A stretch of 64,000 bases of DNA from Camelus dromedarius (taxonomy: Eukaryota), in NCBI RefSeq assembly GCF_036321535.1, contig NC_087472.1, positions 92,196,001 through 92,260,000 of the forward strand, written 5' to 3'. Made by a program: the position numbers and the translations under genes. Numbering within the stretch: position 1 is the first letter of the stretch; every line of letters begins with the position of its first letter. Under the pieces are notes generated by a model, which worked only from the letters and a program-made list of their open reading frames with translations, was not told the origin of the DNA and searched no databases. Below are positions 55,575-64,000 of the stretch, in pieces.

Positions 55575-56216
55575 CACTGTTGAACTTTACCCAAGTCTCA
55601 TGATCCTGGAAAACAGCAAAAGTTAAGAACTCCCTCACCTCCTTTTATGTTTCATGAAATAGCTTCCTGCAAGAAACGAGCCTTCCCCATTTAACTTAGA
55701 TAAGACTCACGGATGTGCCTTTCTTTACCTATGACAAGGTCAGGCATAGACCCTCAAAATTCCCATTCTTTGCCTCATAAATGATTAGCCTAACTGTTGT
55801 CCCCACTGATCAAGCAGAACACAATGCTTGTTAGCTATACTTTGGTTAAGATTCCCTCTTTTCTCCAGATCTCCAAACTTTGACTTACCTTCACAGACTG
55901 AGCCAGCATACAGTCCTTCCTTAGTAGCCCTTCCACAGACTAGGCTGGCCTTTAGGTAAAATATTCTCTGATCTACTGTCCCATCATGCCTCTTCTGTTC
56001 ATCCCACTTCCTCATACCCCAACTTTCTAATCCTGTTTTTTCCTCCCTATAAAAGAAAAACTCTTTTAGCTTAATCCTTGAGAGGTTTGAAGAACTTACA
56101 CTCAGGAAGTCTCCCTATAGCAACAGTCACCCTCTTCCTATTGTAATAGTCCCCTTCTTTGCAATAATGCATCAGAATAAAGTCTTTCCAAGTTAAGATT
56201 TTTTAAAACTTTGATA
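55575..56216 (+). mobile_element. ERV1 (MER4-group) solo LTR
   Basis: cctggaaaacagcaaaagttaagaa..acttagataagactcac..; TATA cctataaaag at ~56047, polyA signal aataaa at 56176-56181, ends tttgata. Confidence 0.72.
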
Positions 56217-57439
56217 ACTTTATGTCCAAATTACTGCTCTCCTTGAGGAAGGACTTCAAGTTCCACTTGTACAAGAAATTTTCCATGACCATCCCAGAAT
56301 TTCCGCCATGCTTTTTTTTTTCAATCCACCATCCTTTATGACCATCTCTCTTATACTGCAGCTATCATTTTGCATCTTACTGTATTTATAACTTATCACC
56401 TTTGCCGAATGATAACTACCCCAGGGGATCTTTGACTAGTTTATTTTTCAATTTCTCACAGTGCCCAGCACAGTACACAAATAAGAACTTAGTTTTTATA
56501 AACTGAATGGTCTTATTATATCTACAGAGTCTATCGAATGGTAATAGACAGTAAAATGCATTCAACAAACAGAACATTTTAAGCTATTATGTCATCTATG
56601 ATACAATTTAAATTAGATAACATATGCAAAGTGCTTACTATGGTGCATATAATAGGCAATGAATAAATGCTAGTTATCATCATCATCAACATCATCATCA
56701 GAAACCTCTTTTCTTCTCATCTGCGTTAAAGAGATGTTCACTTAATGGAGAATACCCAACTTACATAATCATTATGGCTGAAACTAACCAGGAAGCATTA
56801 ATTCATTTTCCTCTCAAATACTTTTTAAAAATATAATTTTACCATGGTTTGTATCATCAAATTCTGCTGATAAACACCCTCTTGATACAACAATAGACGT
56901 TTAGCTAACTTATTGTCACTTTTTGTTTGTATTTGGTTGTTGTTTTATACATCAGAGGCTGGAAATAAGCTTTTATTTAAAGTCTATTATATGCTATACA
57001 TTGTACTGGGTGCCTAAATATAATTTAACTCTCATCACAATATTATGTAGACCAAAAAAAAATTCACTCCAAAAATTAACTTGTTCATGACATCATTTTA
57101 GAAAAAAAAATCCTGGTTTAAATTGGTACCCAGGCATTTAATAAGTATTTCTTGAAAAAAATGAATGATGGTTTAGTGGCTTTGGAGATTGTGCTCTTTC
57201 AAGAATAGCTCACTGCCTTCCCCCCACACTATGAAGAGATAGGCCATTCAGGAAACTTGCTAAAATCAGAATAGTGTAAACTTGTAAACATTTTATTGCA
57301 TTAGAAAGTTCTAGCTCTGGAAGGAGCCACAGAGTTCCCCAGTACTGGAAACAGGATCAAACCTGAAGTCACCTCACTCTAATCCAGACTCTTTCCATTA
57401 TATGGTACTACTTCATATAATTTATAAAATCCTCTCCTT

Positions 57440-57880
57440 ACTACTCAGCCATAAAAAAGAATAAACTAATGCCATTTGCAGCAACATGGATGGACCTAGA
57501 GATCGTCACTCTAAGTGAAGTAAGCCAGAAAGAGAAAGAAAGATACCATATGATATCACTTATATGTGGAATCTAAAAAAAATGATACAAATGAACTTAT
57601 TTACAAAACAGAAACAGACTCACAAAGAAAACAAACATGGTTACCAGGGGGAAAGGGGGTGGGAAGGGATAAATTGGGCATTGGAGGTTTCTAGATAATA
57701 ACTATTATATATAAAATAGACAAACAACAAGTTTCTACTGTACAGTACAGGGAACTGTATTCAATGTCTTGCAGTAATCTATAATGAAAACGAATATATG
57801 TATGTACATGTATGACTGAAACATGATGCTGTACACTAGAAACTGATACATTATAAACTGACTATAGTTCGATAAAAAAC
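57440..57880 (+). mobile_element. 5'-truncated L1 3' end
   Basis: tactactcagccataaaaaagaat..gccatttgcagcaacatggatggacctagagat..; related to 1641-2189. Confidence 0.92.
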
Positions 57881-58307
57881 ATTTTTCTTATCATTTTTCG
57901 TACATTGATTTCTAGTATTGTACTGTGTACTGTCTGTAAGACAATACTGAAAAGGACAGCTTAATGACAATTGGCTCCCTCCTGCCCATCCCCTCTCAGA
58001 TTAACACTTAGGAAACACTCTCTCCTCAAGAAGACCAGGGATTTTTTTTGTCCTTTTCACTCTGTCTCCTTCACTTTGTCTCCTGCCCTTCTGCCCCCTT
58101 TCTCATTTTTTTTTTCTGTAGGTCTCTTCTTTTCTGTGTGTGTGTGTCTTCTGTTAGCATTAGTCTTCATACTGCCTTAGCATACTGCCTTGGTATTCTG
58201 ATTTTTCACAATGTATTACTTTTTTGAAGATTTTAACTTTAAAATGCTTTCCTATGTGTTTTATCAATGAATTGCCAGACTCTGCAAGCTTTTGAAAAAC
58301 ACTTCAG

Positions 58308-58440
58308 ATGTAGCTCACAGCGAAAAAGAATGTGACAATGAATATATGCGTGTTCATGTATAACTGAAAAATTGTGCTCTACATTGAAATATGACACAAC
58401 ACTGTAAACTGACTATAACCCAATTTAAAAAAATGTTAAA
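58308..58440 (+). mobile_element. Very short young camelid-type L1 3' end
   Basis: gtagctcacagcgaaaaagaatgtgacaatg..; TSD aaaaacacttcag / aaaaaaacttcag. Confidence 0.9.
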
Positions 58441-58749
58441 AAAAAAACTTCAGTTGACCTTGCATAAGGAAAGTATTTTGTGCTGAATTTAAAAGAAAAT
58501 CCTACCAATAGACTTACTGTGAAGAAATAACAGCTGTTATAGCTCATTAGGATTATTACATATTAATTTGGGAATAATGAATACACAATGACTTTCAAAC
58601 AAACTGTTACATTTTACATTATTTTGTGAACAAGCTGAAAGCCCTCAAATCATTATTCATATAAGGAGTTTACGATTAAAACTAAAAGCATATTTAGCTG
58701 AATTATTTACAGTAGAATACATTCCTAAAATACAAAGCCAATTCAGATT

Positions 58750-59110
58750 TGGTTTATTCAACATTTCAAAAAGTGCTTATTAATCATATTCTACTGTGTG
58801 TTAAATAATGCAAAATTATTGATAAAACCAACATAAGCAAAACACAGTCTTACTTTGAGTAACTTACAGGCCATTGGGAAAGAGTGTCAATATATTCAAA
58901 CAACGAAATAAACACATAGGAAACAAAGTGTCAGGAAGCAATCTGACCTCTAGGGAAGAAGGGACTGTCCTGATCTAGGAAGAAAGCTCTGAAGGCTGAC
59001 TGGAGAAGATGAGATTTTGAGCTAGCCCTTGAAAGACAGGTAGACTCTGAACCCGCAGAGATTTGGTAGTTGTGCATAGCAGATGGGGAAACTGTGTAGA
59101 GACAGGCAGT
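58750..59110 (-). mobile_element. L2 remnant
   Basis: ttattcaacattt..; ggagaagatgagattttgagctagcccttgaaagacagg. Confidence 0.55.
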
Positions 59111-59199
59111 CAGATAGGAAAGCAGGAGTTGTGTAGCTCAGCCATTTCCATTTGAGGCCTTTTGTGACTTGATAATAAACATCTCTTTACTCAGATGGC

Positions 59200-59625
59200 T
59201 TTGTATTAGCAAAATTTGCCTAACTGTGCTACTTGCAGTAAGACTAGATAAGGTTAGCTGCATTAAAAGTAAACTTCATGATTTCAGGGGTTTAACTTAT
59301 GCTCATTTCTCACTCACAAAAGCATGCAATGAAAGTCTTTCTGGTCAGTTATCAGCTTTCCCCCATGATGTGATTTAGAGACCTGGGCACCTCTCCCTTG
59401 GGCCTTGGCTCTCTCTGTATCCAGAAATTGATGGGAGAAGGGAGAAAGGATACTCATTGCTGAACTACCCTGGCTCAAAAATGACCCCTCCCCTCCTTTC
59501 CTTTGCATTCATTGGTAAGAAATGGTCAACTATTTAGAAGCAGTAGTGGCTGGGAGAGATAATTCCTGGGTGAGAAGCTACTTCCCAGCAACAACTCTAT
59601 ACTATAGAAAAAGAATTCTGCTCTT
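59200..59625 (-). mobile_element. Old MaLR (MLT1-type) LTR
   Basis: tgtattag..ataaggttagctgca..tttctcactcaca..cattcattgg..ggctgggaga..ttcccagcaacaactcta. Confidence 0.55.
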
Positions 59626-60479
59626 CCACATCCAACTATTTGACAAAGTAGAGGAACACATATGAAAACATACCTTGGACTCCAACTGAGGGTACACTTG
59701 GTATGCTTACATTGTGGAGCTTCACCTGTATTAAATATGACTCCAAGAGCTGCAGTGACATGTATGACTTAATCATTATTCATGGGGCATCAATAAAGTA
59801 TTCTGTTACTATGTTCTAGGACTCTTAAATGTTATAAACAGAAAAAAAGTAACACAAATCAAAAACAAATTCTCAGAGTAAATTTAATTGGAATCAATGA
59901 TCAGAGATTATTTGAATGACAAGAAATATATGTCATTACAGATGCTTCTAAACTAAAGGAAGAAACAAACAACTTGTAAGTGTTAAGAGGATTCTTATCA
60001 ATTAGAAATGTAGGATCCAAGTTGCACTTCACTGAGGTAGGAAAATTCTGCCAATAACAAATTTGTATTTTGGGGTTTAATTGTCTTCTACACACACACA
60101 CACAGTGTCCCTGGTTCTTATTCTATCTCTCTGGAAAATCATCGTTTCTTAACATCTTTGCTATCCTTACAGCATCTTGTCCTTTGCACACTTCACATTT
60201 TACTCTATACATTGTCCCTGGATAATCTCCTTCACTTACAGGTCCAAGTACCATCTGTGTTCAGATCCCAAATACTTAATCTCTTCAAGGCCCATATTTT
60301 CAATGGTTTTCTGGATCTATCCAACAGATATCCCATGCAGACATTCATTACCCAACATTAGCAAGCCTTAACCGCCCCTTCCTAGGCACACAATCTAGTT
60401 GCCCATCACAAATCCATCCCCCATTGCTGCTCCCTTGCTATCCTTGATACCCTGATATTGTTCATTCTACTCCAGGTTC

Positions 60480-60985
60480 TCACATGTTTCATGGGGAAAC
60501 TGAGACCATTCAAAGTCCCAGTGTTGAATCCTGAATGGCCTAAGCCTATTCTATTGTCTAAGCCTGTCCTACTTACAGTGGTCTCCTCTCCCTTTGCAGT
60601 GATTAGTTTATTTGTGGGCAATTTTGGACAATGGGATGTGAGTGAAAGTTTGCTTTTATAGCTTCTAGTAAAGCTGTCCTTGCTCTTTTAGGGATTACAA
60701 CATGGGACATGGGACAACACTTTTTTTCTGTCTGTAGACACTAGTGCTTTCATATGACGCCACCTTGGGAAGCCAGCCTAAGAGTCACTTACTGAGCATA
60801 ATGGCAAAGAAGAAAGACAGAAAAGAAATTTCCCTGATAGTGCCATTTTAGCTGCTGAATAACCAACCCTGGGCCTGTCCAACCTCTGGAATTCTTGTTA
60901 GAAAATGTAGTGTATGTCTCTGTTATTTAAGTCATTAGTCACTTACAGTCAAAAAACCAAAAACAAAAAACATTTTAACCAATAC
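60480..60985 (+). mobile_element. Old MaLR (MLT1J-like) LTR within L2 remnants (~60200-61200)
   Basis: aatggcctaagc..caattttggacaatgggatgtgagtgaaagtttg..gctgctgaataaccaaccctgg..acctctgga..ttatttaag..aaccaataca. Confidence 0.6.
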
Positions 60986-62844
60986 ACTCCTCTTCAAACA
61001 GACTCATCTTGAAATCTCTCAAAATTCAAATCTTCCAAACAAGAACTCAGCCCCCTACTCCATCAACACTCACATGTAATTAATCATTGAATTCTTTTGT
61101 CCTACCTCCTACATATATCTCAAATCTATTACCTCTTCTTCAAACCCACTGTCTTAACTTTGTTTCAGTCTTTTGTTGCTTACCATCAAGAACAGTGATG
61201 ATCTAACTCCCTTTGATAAAGAACCATTTTTCTATTATTGCCAATCTATACTTTGATAGCACCAGTGCAGAAAGTATCTATAACTTCTTAACTTCATCTA
61301 AAATAATAAATTCAGATCCTATACCTATAGAGGATATTCATTTACACAATTATATAAGTAGCTTGGGTAAGTATACAACTATTGTTCTGAGTGTAATTCT
61401 ATTTCTTACAAAATGTTTATCAAATAATTTTGCTGAATGGGGAAAAAAAAACACACACAAAGGCAGGTCAACACTACTGGGTTTATCTAACTCACAGAGA
61501 AATTAGATTAACATAAAATGATCTGATTATATACTCCTAATGGACAACGTCAACAAAACTATTTCATTATATAGGTACTCAGCTTTTTGGCTTTAATCTA
61601 ATTTTAGCAATATCATAACCAATCAGTGAATAGTAAATAGCTTACTACATTTTTGCTGCACCCGTAACATACTGTTTTAATATTATGTGATATTTTTCAC
61701 ATCTCTGCTACTTCACTCCCTTTGTGTTTGGTGGTGACAATTGTTAATGATTTCATTATTTTGAAAGGGCTATATCATTAACTAGCTCAATAATACCATG
61801 GCGACAATATCTAATTGGAAACATTTTGTCTTTCAGTTATAATCAGGAATTATAAAAGTTCATGCATAGAAGAAACATGACATATTCATGACATCCAGAA
61901 GCCATAATTTCCCTTAAAAAGTTTAAAATGTATTTTACTTTTAAAAGAGGACATATGTTTCAGTGTTTTTCTTTCATCCTTAATTTGACAGAGCGAACCT
62001 CAGCTTTAAAAAAAGATCAGCATGTGCTTTGTGATCCTAACAAGTATTGAAAACTAAAAAATTTTAAACAAATATTAGAAATTACAAGACTTAGAAGGCA
62101 TAGGAGAGAAACAGCAGCATTTATATTCATGTTTAGAGTATGTTTCAAGGTTTAGTGAATAAAGCAAATGTGTTCTTCAAAGGATGGCAGTAAGTAAACA
62201 GAGTATAGTTATCTAATGGAACATTAAGTGCTCATTACAAGCTCCAAAATTTCTTTTATTGACACCAGAACAAAACAGTGACTACAGACAATACTTTTAT
62301 ATTTAAAATACCCCTTAAATGTTAGTTTGGACTTTAAATTTTTTCCCTGCTAAACACATTACACAGTATCATTTGAGACAAAGTCTATGTTATTCATAAT
62401 GAATCTGTGATGCTGTTTATATCCCAGGAAGTTCTGGTTGATATATTTGAGTGTAACCAATGCTAAACCCAAATGGTGATTAAGAAATAAATAATCAGAC
62501 CTTCTAGTTAAGGCACATAGTAAGCTACTTCTTTATGTCTTACACAGAATTCATAAAATGTCTTTAATTTACATATTCATGTTGAACTGTCCATCTACAA
62601 TTCATTGGATTTTTTAAGTCCTCCAGATGGAACAACAGATGCTAACATAATGACTAAAAGCTTTGGTCAAGCATTTTAAGAAAAGAAAACATTAAATCCT
62701 CTTATAATGCAAAAGTCATATATTTTGACATGAGTAAAACCAACTCCATTTCCATGCAGTTTTCTCAAAGGTAGTTTTAAAAATTCTTTTACATATATAT
62801 TACAAAATATCCACATCATTTGCAAATTAAGAGTTGCCTTTTCT

Positions 62845-63007
62845 GGGGGAGCCTGTAGCTCAAGTGATAGAGTGCATGCTTAGCATGCATGGGATTCCGG
62901 GTTCAATCCCCAGTAACTCCTCTAAAAATAAATAAACCTGATTACCTCTCTCCCCTCCTCCACCAAAATTTTTTAAGTAATTAAATAATACAATAATAAA
63001 TAAATAA
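62845..63007 (+). mobile_element. vic-1-type tRNA-derived SINE
   Basis: gggggagcctgtagctcaagtgatagagtgcatgcttagcatgcatgggattccgggttcaatccccagta..aataaacctgattacctc, A-rich tail; no TSD seen. Confidence 0.88.
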
Positions 63008-64000
63008 CCAATGTCAAATGTTAACCTCACAGAGCTATAAATTTAACCTCCTCAGTGGAGATGAAGATGAAATCTAGAGAAAGTACATACTCCCATGTAC
63101 ACAGTAGACAATTAAAAAAAAAACTAAATCATGATGAAACCTATTACTTGGGATTTTAATGCAGTAAATGTTAGTTACACTTCTATTCTGAACTCTCCCA
63201 GTTCTCATCATCTTATTATATTACATCGTAGGTTTTTAAAAACCCAAATAATAGTTTTAAGTATTAGTCTCAGTCCATTTAACCTTATCTATTTTCTCCA
63301 TCTCTAATCATTAGTGTGCTTTTTCCCACAGTTCTCCACAAGTTCTCACTGTCCTTCTCAATTTGGTGTCTAGGAAAGAAGAAATAAAACCTGGGGCTCC
63401 ATTAAGAATAATGCACAGAGTGAATATGATAGGAAACTGGCTTGTGGTTTTAATTTTTTCCTTAGTCTTGAATACATTAAGCTGACAGAGGTCAGTTTAT
63501 TAACAAAATACCCCATAGTGAAGTAGCAGCATGATCCATACTGTTTTTGCAATGATTCAGTTGTAGATTACATGTATTATTGTTCATTTTGAAAAATGAT
63601 AGGAATTTATTCAAACTAATATTGGAATGATATAACATCAAGTCCGGTAGGAACTTACTGCTTAATCAGCTTGGTTTTATTTATACCAAGTAATAAATCT
63701 AAATCTCTTGCCAGTAAGTAGTAACAATAAAATTATGAATATAGGAGCTATATATAAAATATTTTTGTAATTCTCTAACTAAAAGAAAAACAGATATCTA
63801 TACACACATACATGTGTATGAAAATATAGGTGTACATGGCAGTATGTTTACTTTCTCTAAAACATCTAATTAATTTACTGAACTATTTATCTCACCCAAT
63901 ATCACATAAATTTTAAATAAGTTTTAGTATTGACATTGTATACTAAGTTTAGTCTTCATATTTCAAAGAGTTTCATGGAGTGAGATACTAAATGCAATTT

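Noticed and set aside
1..64000. Novel prokaryote-style system (operon, CRISPR, defence island)
   Set aside because: The DNA is mammalian and repeat-rich. There are no long ORFs, no operon structure and no regularly spaced repeat-spacer array.

Overview
This is AT-rich, CpG-depleted mammalian genomic DNA, not prokaryotic. tRNA-Ala-like vic-1-type SINEs and a recurrent young L1 3' end point to a camelid (alpaca/llama/camel); this is inferred from repeat recognition, not from a search. By eye, roughly half of the window is interspersed repeats: L1 of several ages, L2, MIR, MaLR and ERV1 solo LTRs, and hAT MITEs (MER5A, MER53, MER58-like). I recognise no protein-coding gene, RNA gene or CRISPR array. 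The protein-like ORFs in the track are L1 ORF1/ORF2 remnants. The window looks like a long intron or an intergenic region, with one weak candidate minus-strand exon (29222-29398). I found no convincing new biological system. The best observations are retrotransposition footprints: a TSD-bounded L1 that keeps its 5' end but lacks most of ORF2, a twin-primed inverted L1 nested in an LTR nested in a MIR, a SINE with apparent 3' extra sequence inside its TSDs, and a young L1 with two in-frame deletions. There is also a recursive-splice-site-like motif and a perfect RUNX-site palindrome. Repeat family names come from memory of consensus sequences, and boundaries are approximate unless TSDs are quoted.
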